Origin: a virus
Taxonomy: Duplodnaviria > Caudoviricetes
Strand: one strand, 5' to 3'
IMG/VR virus record: IMGVR_UViG_3300028591_000138
Span: 36,722 to 100,721 of that record
DNA: 64,000 nucleotides
Shown piece by piece: positions 10,552 to 21,559 of this stretch. A model generated the notes under the pieces. The model saw nothing but the letters and a program-made list of their open reading frames with translations, made no database searches and was not told where the DNA came from. A program made the translations under genes and the position numbers. Within the stretch, counting starts at the first letter, position 1. Each line of letters begins with the position of its first letter.

Positions 10552-10989
10552 GTGAACAGCAAGGTATTAACCAACGAATACAGTACCACTTTGGGTGACG
10601 GTACTGTAATGTACTACGGCACCCCCAATGAGACAAAGAGCGATGTAATAACCATCACAGTTAAAGGTAAATTCCAACCAACACAGGAAAAGACGGATTA
10701 TCAAAAGGATATAGGCGGAGTGAAGTCTGCATTTATGAAATATGGGACGGATGTGCTCGACAAGGTCGACTGGGTGAGCGACTATTATATATTGACCAGT
10801 GATTTTACCGAACGTGGAATATCTTCCACCAAGGCATGTAAGATGAAATACCAGATGTATATTTCACCTAAACAGACTGGACGTTTCAGTGGCTTTAAGA
10901 GTAAGGTTATCCGTCTCGGCAAGGCTATGAACCATTTACTGAAAAGATGTCTGTCCGATAAAGGATTCAAAATGGTGAACAAAGCTTAA
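10552..10989 (+). CDS. Hypothetical protein
   Basis: 145 aa ORF preceded by a TTTTCGTATATTAATA motif. Confidence 0.55.
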   Translation: MNSKVLTNEYSTTLGDGTVMYYGTPNETKSDVITITVKGKFQPTQEKTDYQKDIGGVKSAFMKYGTDVLDKVDWVSDYYILTSDFTERGISSTKACKMKYQMYISPKQTGRFSGFKSKVIRLGKAMNHLLKRCLSDKGFKMVNKA

Positions 10990-11095
10990 ACCGTAAAACT
11001 CGAGTAACAATTCACGCGAACTTTCTAAGGAATGTTCGCTTTTTCGCTGTTGCTACTATTTATATATAAATTATATAGATAGAAATTTGAATACC

Positions 11096-11842
11096 ATGTA
11101 TATTGGACAAGATTTACTGAAACATAACATACACACTGGTTCCCAGCTGACAGAAGTCAAGAAAGGTGAAACTGGTACTGGTCTACTTATCGAACGCGAC
11201 GGTCACATTGCTGGCAACCGCGACATGGTGCAGCAGATTAAAGAGGATATCGCCCATCACGACCAGTTTGTCATCCCCGACAAGTTTATTGTCAACGCCG
11301 TCTTCCAGAAGTTCGGTATCAAAAACGCGAACGGGAGAATCTATCCAGAGAAAGTATTGAAACGCGAGGTTGAAAAATATATCAACGAACGTGTTAATAC
11401 ACGCAGTGCTGTCGGAGCTTTGGACCATCCTGAGTCTAGCACTCTGTCTGGTCACGATGTCAGCCACATCATCACAAACCTCCAGTGGCAGGGTCGCACA
11501 CTTATCGGTGAGATGGAATTGCAACTCACACCTGGTTATAGACGCTACGGCATCCCAGGGACAAGCGGTGACTTGGTGGCAAACCTGATTCTAAATGATA
11601 TTCTTGTCGGAGTTTCTTCCAGAGCGGTCGGTTCTGTTGAGGAAGGACTTGGTGGAATTCTGATGGTAGGTGATGATTTAGATTTAATTGGTTGGGACGT
11701 GGTCCTCGAAAATTCTACCCCAGGTGCTAAAATTGCTAGAAATATGGCTGAACTACAACAATATATCGAATCCGATGAACGACGTAAAAATGAAGACTTG
11801 GTTAATGAAAAAATTCAGCGTATAAACAGTATTTTAATTTAA
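11096..11842 (+). CDS. Prohead core protease (T4 gp21-like)
   Basis: KNANGRIYP, GALDHP, VSHII, GVSSRAVGSV and WDVV..STPGA motifs. Confidence 0.92.
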   Translation: MYIGQDLLKHNIHTGSQLTEVKKGETGTGLLIERDGHIAGNRDMVQQIKEDIAHHDQFVIPDKFIVNAVFQKFGIKNANGRIYPEKVLKREVEKYINERVNTRSAVGALDHPESSTLSGHDVSHIITNLQWQGRTLIGEMELQLTPGYRRYGIPGTSGDLVANLILNDILVGVSSRAVGSVEEGLGGILMVGDDLDLIGWDVVLENSTPGAKIARNMAELQQYIESDERRKNEDLVNEKIQRINSILI

Positions 11843-11957
11843 AAGAAATAATTTTGGATGTATCTTTTAAATATCCCGACTATTTAATAATAGGTTGGGA
11901 TATTTTTTATTTGTGCTTGTGATGGAAAAACGTTATATTATTATAAAGTGTTAATTT

Positions 11958-13136
11958 ATGACAAAAGAAGAATTTATTGAAAAAGCTAATGCTGTTCACG
12001 GAGACACCTATGACTATTCATTAGTTGAATACAAAAACAACAAAACTAAGGTGGCGATTAAATGCAAGGAATGTGGAACCATATTCTATCAGAAGCCTAA
12101 CAATCATTTGCAAGGTTCTGGGTGTCCAAATTGTGCAAGAAAAAAAAGGTCGGAACGTTTGAGTGACACCAGGGAAGATTTTATAAGGAAAGCCATAGAA
12201 AAACACGGTGACAAATATGACTACTCGTTGGTTGAGTATGTTAGCAGTCGAGAAAAAGTGAAAATCAGATGCAAAAAATGCGGCAGTATTTTCGAACAGG
12301 CGCCAGCCATGCACTTGACAGGCAACGGTTGTTCAGTATGTAATCCCCCACATCAAAAGCTTACCCATGAAGAGTTTGTTGAACGACTAGCTCAAACTCA
12401 CCCAAATCTGGAGGTTCTCAGTGAATATCAGGGAAAAGACCGCAAAATAACTGTTAGATGCAAAATACATGATTATACTTATCAAACGACGCCACACCGT
12501 CTAGTGCAAGGGGCAAATTGTAAATATTGCTATTATGAAAGAGAAAAGAAAAACAAAACTAATAAATTGGATAAGGTTTTATCTGAAATTAAACGGATAC
12601 ACGGTGATAAATACGAATACCCTAATATTGAGTCTGAATATGTGACATCTAAGTCCAAACTCACAATCATTTGTCCGATACACGGTGAGTTTCACCAATC
12701 CTACAATAAACACGTTAGTCATCACCACGGTTGTCCTCTTTGCGATGAAAGTTATTATGAAAAGCAAACAGCTCAAACATTAGATGACTTGAATATTAAA
12801 TATGAACGCGAGAAACAGTTTAACTGGCTTGGTTTGCAGACACTGGATTTTTATTTACCTGAACACAAAATGGCTCTCGAAATCCAAGGAGAATTTCATT
12901 TCCAAAGTTTTACTATCAAAAACACAGTGGTCAACCATATGAACCAAGTAAGGCGTGACGAAAGAAAACACAAGCTGTGTGAGGAAAATGGTGTTAAACT
13001 AATATACATAATACCACACAAACTGATGAAAATGTCCAAAGTAAGTGATATTTATTCCAAAAGCAGTGTGGTTGAGATTGATAAAAACGGTGAATTGGTC
13101 GGCACTGCTATCAAGGAGTTAATCGAGAATTGCTAA
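11958..13136 (+). CDS. Free-standing homing endonuclease-like protein (zinc-finger repeats plus C-terminal PD-(D/E)xK/Vsr-like nuclease)
   Basis: Repeated HGDKYDYS..Y..KV.I.C..CG..F.Q....HL.G.GC..C units; C-terminal LDFYLPE..ALEIQGEFH...DERK; AT-rich. Confidence 0.8.
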   Translation: MTKEEFIEKANAVHGDTYDYSLVEYKNNKTKVAIKCKECGTIFYQKPNNHLQGSGCPNCARKKRSERLSDTREDFIRKAIEKHGDKYDYSLVEYVSSREKVKIRCKKCGSIFEQAPAMHLTGNGCSVCNPPHQKLTHEEFVERLAQTHPNLEVLSEYQGKDRKITVRCKIHDYTYQTTPHRLVQGANCKYCYYEREKKNKTNKLDKVLSEIKRIHGDKYEYPNIESEYVTSKSKLTIICPIHGEFHQSYNKHVSHHHGCPLCDESYYEKQTAQTLDDLNIKYEREKQFNWLGLQTLDFYLPEHKMALEIQGEFHFQSFTIKNTVVNHMNQVRRDERKHKLCEENGVKLIYIIPHKLMKMSKVSDIYSKSSVVEIDKNGELVGTAIKELIENC

Positions 13137-13236
13137 ATATCTAACAAAAACCCGATAATTTAAGATTATCGAGTTTTTTCTTTTTGGTTCCGATTGTTAG
13201 AAATGTTATATTTATAATATATTAAACAATTGGTAA

Positions 13237-14397
13237 ATGTCAACTTCAATACAACTACAATTACGAAAAAAAGATTATAATTCAAATACGGATACTGGAA
13301 ACGGTGTTGTTGTTTTCGACAACATAACCAATGAGATTTACGTCGGAGGGCAGAGTTTTAGTTCCAAAGTCAAAAACGGTGTCTGGGATGCAACAAATAA
13401 AGTGCTGACATTAACAAAAACTGACGGCACTATTATCACAATTAACTTGAAAGATGCAACATCTTCACAGCAGCCCACCAGTTTGCTTGGCAGCTTGCGT
13501 GATGATGTTGAGGCTAACAAGACGGCTTTGTCTACTTTGAACGGAAGCGGTAGCGGGTCTGTAAACCAGAAAATAAGTACAGCGGTTTCCAATCTCAGTG
13601 GTGGTATTTCCATTGCTGATAAAACCAATGACATTGTCACCATATATACAGACGTTGATGAAACTGACGGCGTTATTGATAACACTGGCAGCGCAACGAT
13701 TGTTTTAGCTAAAGTTGCTTCGACTGGTAGTTCGTCTGATGTAAGCGTTACATATAACAGTTCGACCAGTGACATGCAGACCGCCATCAACGATATAGAT
13801 TCCCGTATAGTCTCTTTGTCGTCGAATCAACTGCAGTATATAATCCCCTCAAGCAATGCGACAACACCAAATGGATACTATCACTATTATAACGGAAACA
13901 ACCGTTATACTGGTACTTTGACAGCATCTGCCTCGACAATGAACCAGATATATGTATGCCGTACAACCAGAGACGGGGATTATCACCAGATTATGACTGT
14001 TAAGAGCGCGACTGGAAGTACATATTCCTGGATTGACCTCAGTACACAATCCATTGACTTGAGCGGATATATCAAAAGTGTAACGGTAAACGGTCAAACA
14101 TATACAACCACTTCTTCAGGCACTGACGTCACTTTGGGTGATGTTATCACAGCAATAAACGGCGAGACCAACATCGCCAGCGGTAATTCGGACTATGTCA
14201 GTGTCGTTGCCACAACTGACACGGCTTCTAGTGGCAGTAAAACGACCACATTGTCTTCTAAATTGAAAACGCAAGCGGTTTCCACGGCAACCGCATCAGC
14301 GGATGGTGTGGCATTGGCTAAGGATGTAAAAGATTATGTCAACGACAATTTAACCACAATCAGAACGTGGACTGATAGTGATATTCCTAACAGTTAA
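13237..14397 (+). CDS. Thr/Ser-rich fibre-like virion protein, paralogue of 43627..45981
   Basis: Shared segments with 43627 (AKVASTGS, KSVTVNG, GNSDYV) and TATTTATA at 13209. Confidence 0.6.
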   Translation: MSTSIQLQLRKKDYNSNTDTGNGVVVFDNITNEIYVGGQSFSSKVKNGVWDATNKVLTLTKTDGTIITINLKDATSSQQPTSLLGSLRDDVEANKTALSTLNGSGSGSVNQKISTAVSNLSGGISIADKTNDIVTIYTDVDETDGVIDNTGSATIVLAKVASTGSSSDVSVTYNSSTSDMQTAINDIDSRIVSLSSNQLQYIIPSSNATTPNGYYHYYNGNNRYTGTLTASASTMNQIYVCRTTRDGDYHQIMTVKSATGSTYSWIDLSTQSIDLSGYIKSVTVNGQTYTTTSSGTDVTLGDVITAINGETNIASGNSDYVSVVATTDTASSGSKTTTLSSKLKTQAVSTATASADGVALAKDVKDYVNDNLTTIRTWTDSDIPNS

Positions 14398-14408
14398 AAT
14401 TTTGAGTT

Positions 14409-14723
14409 ATGAGTTTATATTTGGGAAATACAAAAATCAAACAGGTAAACGTTGTCTTCAATGACGGTGTTGATACCAATGTTACGGAACAGAATATCAA
14501 AACTGGCATCCGAATTCTCGGTGTTGACGGTACGTTTACTGAGGACGGTACCCAGACTACTGGATATAGTTTGGCTGGGGCTGGCGATATTGTAGATGGG
14601 AAGTCTGCTTGGGCTGACGGCGTTGAGGTTTTAGGTACGCTGGTTGTTAACCACTACTACACAGGCACGACAGCACCAGCCAGTTCACTTGGAATAAACG
14701 GAGATATTTACTTACAGCGATAA
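14409..14723 (+). CDS. Small fibre-associated protein
   Basis: NIKTGIRILGVDGTF and YTGTTAPASSLGINGDIYLQ are typical fibre motifs. Confidence 0.5.
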   Translation: MSLYLGNTKIKQVNVVFNDGVDTNVTEQNIKTGIRILGVDGTFTEDGTQTTGYSLAGAGDIVDGKSAWADGVEVLGTLVVNHYYTGTTAPASSLGINGDIYLQR

Positions 14724-14726
14724 GTT

Positions 14727-15449
14727 ATGGAAAAGAATATTGAATTAGCAATACAGAAAGAGGAGGAATATATACAGCATAAAGTGATTGAGGGGGACAA
14801 TAGTAAAACCCTGCTTGACTATCTAGCCGAGGCGGGTTATTTTGATTTGGAGGATTTTAAACAAGATAGGTTTTTTTATGTAATGAAAACCGCTGGCATT
14901 ATTCCTGTTTCGGATTCGGCGACCGTTCTACAACCTCTTGCTTACGAACATTATCAACAGGGTGCTCCCTTTTGTTATTTTGTGGAGTATAATAAATATT
15001 TTGCTTTGGTTCCGCTATCCTTTTCTCCTGAAGATGAACAACGGTTTAATGAATATGGTTTCGATTGTTTTAAGTGTGGATATAACAATGGTGGTATAAT
15101 TTTAACCGACCCGTTGGATTTCAGGATGTGTATTGCAATTCCAAATGAAAGCTTTAATCGCATTAAACCTTACATACTTAATAAATTACATAATTTCTTG
15201 TTAAGGTATTATCCAGATATTATAATTGATAACAACGATTTTATGTATAACGGTAAAAAGGTGGCTGGTAGTGTTGATTTCGGTACTTCCCAACTATATA
15301 TTTTTGCCATAAGTGTATCGTTTGTTGATATGTATGAGTATGCGGAAGAATTAGGCATTATCAAGGATAAAATTCCTGGCTGTTTACCTGATTCTGGAAA
15401 TCTAAAAGATTTATTAAAAACTGAGGTTACACAATGGCTAAGACAGTAA
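14727..15449 (+). CDS. Lipoate/biotin-protein ligase family (BPL/LplA/LipB-like) protein
   Basis: NNGGIILTDPLD and NNDFMYNGKKVAGS resemble the GGG..D and ND...GKKI.G motifs of the family. Confidence 0.55.
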   Translation: MEKNIELAIQKEEEYIQHKVIEGDNSKTLLDYLAEAGYFDLEDFKQDRFFYVMKTAGIIPVSDSATVLQPLAYEHYQQGAPFCYFVEYNKYFALVPLSFSPEDEQRFNEYGFDCFKCGYNNGGIILTDPLDFRMCIAIPNESFNRIKPYILNKLHNFLLRYYPDIIIDNNDFMYNGKKVAGSVDFGTSQLYIFAISVSFVDMYEYAEELGIIKDKIPGCLPDSGNLKDLLKTEVTQWLRQ

Positions 15450-16609
15450 TATTATATCCATCGGCGGATGTCAGTCTGCAGCACTCCTTATACCCAACCA
15501 GCGCAAGTGTCGGGTATTCGCTTATTAATGATGTATCGCCTGACGATGATACCAGTTATATTTCCCAAGAAGTTACCAATACGGGTAGTCAGAGTGTAAC
15601 ATCCACATTTCGATGTGATACTGAAACACAAGGTAAAATCTATATCACTGGTGTTGCAACTACACTGCGGAGCGGTGTTTCTAGCGGTCGTCATTCTAGT
15701 GGTGTAACTAAAACAACCATCCCAATCACATCGTCTTTCAGGTTGGGTGTTGCTATTCATGCAGGCGGCACAACATATGGAACCGCCCATTCCATGACAA
15801 GTTCTAGTTCTAGCTATAACTCTTTTACTTGGGATAATTTTAATGATACTATAACAGGTGTAGCTGGATTAAATACTATATACCAATCTTTTACTGACGC
15901 AGATATCATATTATCAGTTAATCAAACTTCCCAAATCCAAGATACCGCTAATAATGAGACTGCAATAGCAGCCGTTACACAAGCCAATGTTACAATTACA
16001 TACCTGGACGTCTTTGATTGTGCGGCAGCATACGTCCCTGGCTCAGGTATCGCTAGTGTCACTTGTTCGGATGCCGAGGTGGTTGATGGTAATACCTGTA
16101 CTTTTACAGCAAACTTGGAAAGTGGAGCTGGGTTCCAGGGGTGGTATAGTGATGCCGCTTGCACCAACAGGGTGTCGACAAGTCGTGTCTATACAGCAAC
16201 CATAACCGACAATACAACCTTGTATGCTAAGGGCGATATTCTATATAATATTAACGTCTACGCCGACAGCAACTGTACGGTTGCAACGTCTAAACAGCAG
16301 GCAACGGCTGGTGAGAGTGTGACTGTGACAGCAACCCCGTCCAGCGCCCGTTATTCGATTGTTGGTTGGTATTCGAATCCAGAACGCACAACATTGGTTA
16401 CAACGGACAATCCATATACGTTTACAGTTTCAGGCAACACGAACTTGTACGCGAAGTCGAAACTGAATGAAGTTATGTATGTCAAAATCAACGGTAGCTG
16501 GGTGACGTGCTCACACATCTATAAAAAGATTGACGGTGCATGGGTTGAACAGGATGTGTTGGATGGATTGTTCGATACGACAAAAAATTATAAAATAAAT
16601 GAAATATAA
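15434..16609 (+). CDS. Virion adhesin-like protein with two InlB B-repeat-type (Ig-like) domains
   Basis: F.GWYSD...YTATITDNTTLYAK and VGWYSN...NPYTFTVSGNTNLYAK repeats; C-terminal YVKINGSW/YKKIDGAW. Confidence 0.6.
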   Translation: MAKTVILYPSADVSLQHSLYPTSASVGYSLINDVSPDDDTSYISQEVTNTGSQSVTSTFRCDTETQGKIYITGVATTLRSGVSSGRHSSGVTKTTIPITSSFRLGVAIHAGGTTYGTAHSMTSSSSSYNSFTWDNFNDTITGVAGLNTIYQSFTDADIILSVNQTSQIQDTANNETAIAAVTQANVTITYLDVFDCAAAYVPGSGIASVTCSDAEVVDGNTCTFTANLESGAGFQGWYSDAACTNRVSTSRVYTATITDNTTLYAKGDILYNINVYADSNCTVATSKQQATAGESVTVTATPSSARYSIVGWYSNPERTTLVTTDNPYTFTVSGNTNLYAKSKLNEVMYVKINGSWVTCSHIYKKIDGAWVEQDVLDGLFDTTKNYKINEI

Positions 16610-16621
16610 AGATAATATATA

Positions 16622-17626
16622 ATGGATGAAGTTAAAGTACCTTTGGTTATAAACAAACTGCAAAGCAAGGATATATACGACTATCTCGCTTCGCAAGGTC
16701 GAATTGGTTTAAATGAATTGTATGTAATTCAAAACGATAACGACACCACTGTCAGCTCTATTACTTATGATGATAGTGTGAAGAAGTTCTACTACACAGA
16801 CTCGGATGGCAATAACCATGACATCGTCACATTAGCTGTGTTGAAAACCAATATGAATTTAAGCGCTGTTGCCACGAATGGCTCTTATAACTCGTTGGAT
16901 AACCAGCCTAAGATAAACAATGTCACCCTGACAGGTAACAAAACTACCAGCGAATTGAACATTAGTTATAACGACTTGACCAATCAACCGTCAATACCGC
17001 AGCTGACACAACAATACAACGCTACCGATACTTCAATGGCGATGACAGGTAAGGCTACGGCGACAGCATTGACCAGTTATACTCTAAATACCAGAAGTAT
17101 TACAGGAACAGGTGCACTGAGCGGGGGCGGTAACCTTACCCAGGATAGAACTATCACCCATAATTCCGCACCGACAGGCTTAACCACGGCTGCGGTGAAG
17201 GTTGGCGTCGATTCTTATGGACATACCCAGGTTGGCGCGCCAATTACGGCGGTTGATGTCGATGCGGTGCCTATTACATATAACGTTATAACTTCATGCC
17301 AAAACATCAACGCAGCCGACTACGGTACGATTATGATTTTGGGCACCCAAAACGAAACGGTATCCTTTACAACGGTACCGCCTTTTGGCAGACGTCTGCG
17401 TCTATATTATGTGAACGTTACCAGCAATAACATAACAATAACAATAGACCCAGCGAATTTCAGCCACATGGACTATTTCTTTTTCAACGGGTCGGTATTG
17501 ACCAGCGCCACTACGTACACAGTGCCAGCAAACAGTAATTTAACAATGATTATCACGCTGATGCAAGGAACTGTTGAGGGTCAGACTAGGGTATTCTGTT
17601 TCGCGGATGTGCAGCAGACCCCTTAA
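16622..17626 (+). CDS. Tail fibre-like protein
   Basis: SYNDLTNQP repeats, INNVTLTGNKT, GTGALSGGGNLTQDRTITH and VGVDSYGH fibre motifs. Confidence 0.65.
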   Translation: MDEVKVPLVINKLQSKDIYDYLASQGRIGLNELYVIQNDNDTTVSSITYDDSVKKFYYTDSDGNNHDIVTLAVLKTNMNLSAVATNGSYNSLDNQPKINNVTLTGNKTTSELNISYNDLTNQPSIPQLTQQYNATDTSMAMTGKATATALTSYTLNTRSITGTGALSGGGNLTQDRTITHNSAPTGLTTAAVKVGVDSYGHTQVGAPITAVDVDAVPITYNVITSCQNINAADYGTIMILGTQNETVSFTTVPPFGRRLRLYYVNVTSNNITITIDPANFSHMDYFFFNGSVLTSATTYTVPANSNLTMIITLMQGTVEGQTRVFCFADVQQTP

Positions 17627-17724
17627 TTTTCTGCATATACTTTAATAAAAATCACGTTTTTTTTGGAATAATTTCAAAATATCAAGTATTTATAATTAAA
17701 TAATGATTTTATAGTTTAATCAAA

Positions 17725-19290
17725 ATGGCTAAAAAACAGATTAGAACTAAGTATATTAAATCTTTGATGGAAGACAAAGCCAATTTAGCAAACACTTTGG
17801 AGGAATCTACCAAGGAGACTTTGAGCGCTATGCTTGACGAATCCGTCAACAAGAGCCTCAGACAGATGCTTGCTGAATCTGACGACGATTCTTACGAAGA
17901 AGAGGTTGACCCAACCGAGACTCAGTTCAACAACGAACCAGAAGACGACAATACGGAAGACACCGTAGATGTCGACCTTGAAAGCGGTGACGCCAATGTC
18001 TGCAAGGACGGTGAATGCAGCACCGAGGGTGACGATGTCTGGACGGGACTTGAAGACTGCAGGGACGAGGATGGTGAATACGACCTGAGAGGAAAAGATA
18101 TCGACACAGTTCTCGAAATCCTCAACACAATGGAACCCGACGAGGATATCCGCATTATCAAGAATGACGATGATACCGCAACGGTTGTGCCAAGTGGCGA
18201 CGAAAACGAGTTTGTTATCGATATAAACGACGGCGACGAGACTGAACCCAACAAGTTTGAAGCCGACGGTTTCGAGGGAGCTAAGGGTGACCTTGGAAAC
18301 GGAGACGACAACGAAGGGGGTGACGACCTGGGCGACGCCGAGAACAACGGCACCGACGATGAAGATGAGACTGAGTTCGAGTTGACAATCGACGATGACG
18401 ACAATGATGAAGAAAACAACGACACAGACATGTTAAGCGAAGGTAACGTGAACTTAGGTTACACGGACAACTACCAGAACAAGACAGCCATGACCATGCC
18501 TAGTGACAAGGGCGAGGGTGAGGGCGACAGCAGATTCGACGGCGGCGCACCTAAGGGTGGCAAGAACAACGTTAAACGTTGGGTCGGCACTGACGGAGCT
18601 AACGGCGGCAACCCATACAGCCAAAAAACTAAACAACCAATGACCGAGGAATTCGAGGACGGTGGCGACGGTCAACAGGCTATCTTCGAGGTTGAGCTTG
18701 ACGGCGAGGCTGGTGCTGACATGGACAACATGCCAGTCGACGAGACTCACACCAGAGGTATGGCTCGCAAACACAACAGCGTCGGCAGAACTGAGGTTCC
18801 CGACACCAATGTGCAGGCTGATGAGGAAGACACAAGAAACGTCTACGTCAACGCTGACCAGCGCAGAAACTGCTCGCGTGCAACCAATGAGAGTATCGAG
18901 GCTAAACTCAACGCTATCATGAACGAAAATGCACAGCTCCGCAGTATCATGGCTCAGTTCAAGGAAAAACTTGACGAAGCGGTCGTTATCAACAGCTGTC
19001 TTGCAAAGGCAACGAAACTCTTCACCGAAAATTCCACTACCAGGGAGGAAAAAATCAACATCCTGAACCGCTTCAACAAGGTTCACACAATCAACGAGAG
19101 CAAGGCTCTCTACAACCAGATTTCTGGTGAACTCAAAAACGCTCACAGCGTAAATAACAACTTGCTTAACAATCAGTTGACTGAGGCTAAAGGTAGTAAC
19201 AAGAATATGATTGTCGAGACTAACATGCTCGGTGCTTCCGAGGAGTTGAGACGCATTCTTGACCTCCAAGACCGTATGGCAAATAAATAA
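17725..19290 (+). CDS. Prohead scaffold/core protein (gp22 analogue)
   Basis: Highly acidic with a C-terminal coiled coil, located immediately upstream of the major capsid gene. Confidence 0.75.
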   Translation: MAKKQIRTKYIKSLMEDKANLANTLEESTKETLSAMLDESVNKSLRQMLAESDDDSYEEEVDPTETQFNNEPEDDNTEDTVDVDLESGDANVCKDGECSTEGDDVWTGLEDCRDEDGEYDLRGKDIDTVLEILNTMEPDEDIRIIKNDDDTATVVPSGDENEFVIDINDGDETEPNKFEADGFEGAKGDLGNGDDNEGGDDLGDAENNGTDDEDETEFELTIDDDDNDEENNDTDMLSEGNVNLGYTDNYQNKTAMTMPSDKGEGEGDSRFDGGAPKGGKNNVKRWVGTDGANGGNPYSQKTKQPMTEEFEDGGDGQQAIFEVELDGEAGADMDNMPVDETHTRGMARKHNSVGRTEVPDTNVQADEEDTRNVYVNADQRRNCSRATNESIEAKLNAIMNENAQLRSIMAQFKEKLDEAVVINSCLAKATKLFTENSTTREEKINILNRFNKVHTINESKALYNQISGELKNAHSVNNNLLNNQLTEAKGSNKNMIVETNMLGASEELRRILDLQDRMANK

Positions 19291-19357
19291 GTTTTCGGTA
19301 ACTTTTTGATTTAGCGAGATATTTATAATTAATAACAAAAATTAAAACAAAAATAAA

Positions 19358-21379
19358 ATGGCAGCTATAAGAGAATTACTCACAAGCGGTGCGGTAGGTA
19401 ATGTTGAACTTAACGCACAGAAGAAAATCCGCCAGGATATTCAAGAACGTTGGGAACGCCTCGGTCTCGTTAAGGGTCTTGAGGGTAACGTTAAGGATAC
19501 CGTAGCCACTCTTTATGAGAACCAGGCTAAACACCTTCTGAAAGAAGCTACGGCAGCCGACAACAGCGGTGCTTTTGAAACCGTTGTGTTCCCGCTCATC
19601 CGTCGTGTATTCAGCAAGCTCCTTGCTAACGACATCGTTTCGGTTCAAGCTATGAACCTCCCTATCGGAAAACTGTTCTTCATCAAGCCCGTCACCAGCG
19701 AGCGCGAATGGACTCTTGATGCAAACGTTTACGATGCACAGGGTAACCAAGTTAACCTTGGTGGTGTGAACACTGGTCGTCACCGTGGTCTCATGGGCTA
19801 TCAGCGCACTGATATGCACAACAACGGTTATGAAGGCGGTGCTCAGAACAACCGTTACTACCTCCCCGATGAGAGCGTAACCGTTCAGGGTGCTCCTATC
19901 ACCAAAGTTGAGCAGTTTGTTGACGAAGCTGGTGTTAAGTACTACAATGACGGTACTAACAACGTTAAGGTTAATGACGCAAGTCATACTGCTTATACCC
20001 CTGTTGGAACCTCAACTTCCATTGGTTATGGCGTTGTTGAACCTATCGTTACCCAATACATGAAGAAAACTTTGTACGACCTGTTCTACAATGACTTCCT
20101 GTATGACAACTCGAAGGGTAAAATCACCATCAACACTGGTAGTGCCACTCCTGTTCAGATTGCAGCTGACGGTTCTTATGTGCCTCTGACAGTTCTTCCT
20201 GTTAACGCTCAGGATGGTTCTGTACGTAGCGTACTTATCGAGCTCACTGGTTTCCACAGCTACAACGCTGGTCACCTGACTGGTCCTGACGGTAACGAGA
20301 TGGACACTGAGACCTTCCTGGCTTCATTGAAGGTTATTGCTAAGCAAGCTATTGCTGGTACCAACACTTTCACTGGTTTTGCAACTAACGAAAATATCCA
20401 ATTCCGCGTTGTGACTCAGAAATACGGTGACCAGATGGTTAACTACAAGAATGACGTCGCTGACGGTCAGGGTCGTATGTATATCGAACTCGACCTTACC
20501 AAACCTTGCAAGATGCAGGGCTTGACCACTGATGGTTATATTGGTGTTGACCCAAATGCTATTAACCCAGCTCAAATTAACAACTACTTCCAGATTGCTT
20601 GGTGTTCTTATGACAGCCTCGAACTGGAGACTGAGATGGGTGAGGTTAGCTTCCAGCTTACTGCTGTTGACGTTGCAGTTACCGAGCGTAAACTTCGTGC
20701 TACCTGGTCTCCAGAGCTTGCACAGGACGTCAGCGCTTTCCACAACATCGACGCTGAGGCAGAATTGACTGCAATCCTCGCTGAGCAGATTGCCGCTGAA
20801 ATCGACCGCGAAATCCTCCGTGACATCCGTAAGGCTGCTCCTTGGACTGAGCGTTGGGACTACAACGGCTGGCAGAGACTTGGTACCACTTCAACTGTGT
20901 ACACACAGAAAGACTGGAACCAGACTCTTATGACCAAAATCAACCAAATCAGCGCACAGATTCAGAAGGCTACCCTCCGTGGCGGTGCTAACTGGATTAT
21001 CGTGTCGGCTGAAATCAGCGCTGTGCTGAACGACCTCGAATACTTCCACGTAACTGACGCTTCTGCAGAAAGCGACACTTACAACATGGGTATCGAGAAG
21101 GTTGGTGCTCTCCAAGGACGTTACAACGTCACCGTTGACCCATACGCACCTCACTGGTCGCTCATTATGGGACACCACGGTACGAGCTTGCTCGACACTG
21201 GTTACATCTACGCACCTTATGTGCCGATGGCATTAACCCCAACAATGTACAACCCATTCAACTTCGCACCTATCAAGGGTATCTGCACCAGGTACGCTAA
21301 GAAACTGGTTAACAACCGTTACTTCGGTTCAATCAAGTGTGATGGTCTGATGCACTGGGATATCAACGAGATGAGATAG
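19358..21379 (+). CDS. Major capsid protein (T4 gp23-like)
   Basis: LYENQA, PLIRRVFSKLLANDIVSVQAMNLPIG, RKLRATWSPELAQD...HNIDAEAELT and GYIYAPYVP motifs; strongly biased codon usage. Confidence 0.97.
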   Translation: MAAIRELLTSGAVGNVELNAQKKIRQDIQERWERLGLVKGLEGNVKDTVATLYENQAKHLLKEATAADNSGAFETVVFPLIRRVFSKLLANDIVSVQAMNLPIGKLFFIKPVTSEREWTLDANVYDAQGNQVNLGGVNTGRHRGLMGYQRTDMHNNGYEGGAQNNRYYLPDESVTVQGAPITKVEQFVDEAGVKYYNDGTNNVKVNDASHTAYTPVGTSTSIGYGVVEPIVTQYMKKTLYDLFYNDFLYDNSKGKITINTGSATPVQIAADGSYVPLTVLPVNAQDGSVRSVLIELTGFHSYNAGHLTGPDGNEMDTETFLASLKVIAKQAIAGTNTFTGFATNENIQFRVVTQKYGDQMVNYKNDVADGQGRMYIELDLTKPCKMQGLTTDGYIGVDPNAINPAQINNYFQIAWCSYDSLELETEMGEVSFQLTAVDVAVTERKLRATWSPELAQDVSAFHNIDAEAELTAILAEQIAAEIDREILRDIRKAAPWTERWDYNGWQRLGTTSTVYTQKDWNQTLMTKINQISAQIQKATLRGGANWIIVSAEISAVLNDLEYFHVTDASAESDTYNMGIEKVGALQGRYNVTVDPYAPHWSLIMGHHGTSLLDTGYIYAPYVPMALTPTMYNPFNFAPIKGICTRYAKKLVNNRYFGSIKCDGLMHWDINEMR

Positions 21380-21402
21380 TTCAAGCTCAATCGTTTGAGA
21401 AG

Positions 21403-21432
21403 AAAAGCGTGGCTTCGGTCACGCTTTTTTTT
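21403..21432 (+). terminator. Intrinsic terminator after the capsid gene
   Basis: AAAAGCGTGGC-TTCG-GTCACGCTTTTTTT. Confidence 0.85.
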
Positions 21433-21559
21433 GTTATTTACACAATCCATTCAATTTTGTTCTTTGTAAAGGTTTTTTTTGAAACTATAATAGAATTTTT
21501 GTATATTAGTAATATGGAAGTGAACTACACCGAAACTAAAGATTTCGGTGCTTCTGACT

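Noticed and set aside
18454-21178. Long antisense ORFs over the scaffold and capsid genes (also 41417..42556 and 45109..45747)
   Set aside because: These are shadow ORFs caused by codon bias in the sense genes and have no recognisable motifs.
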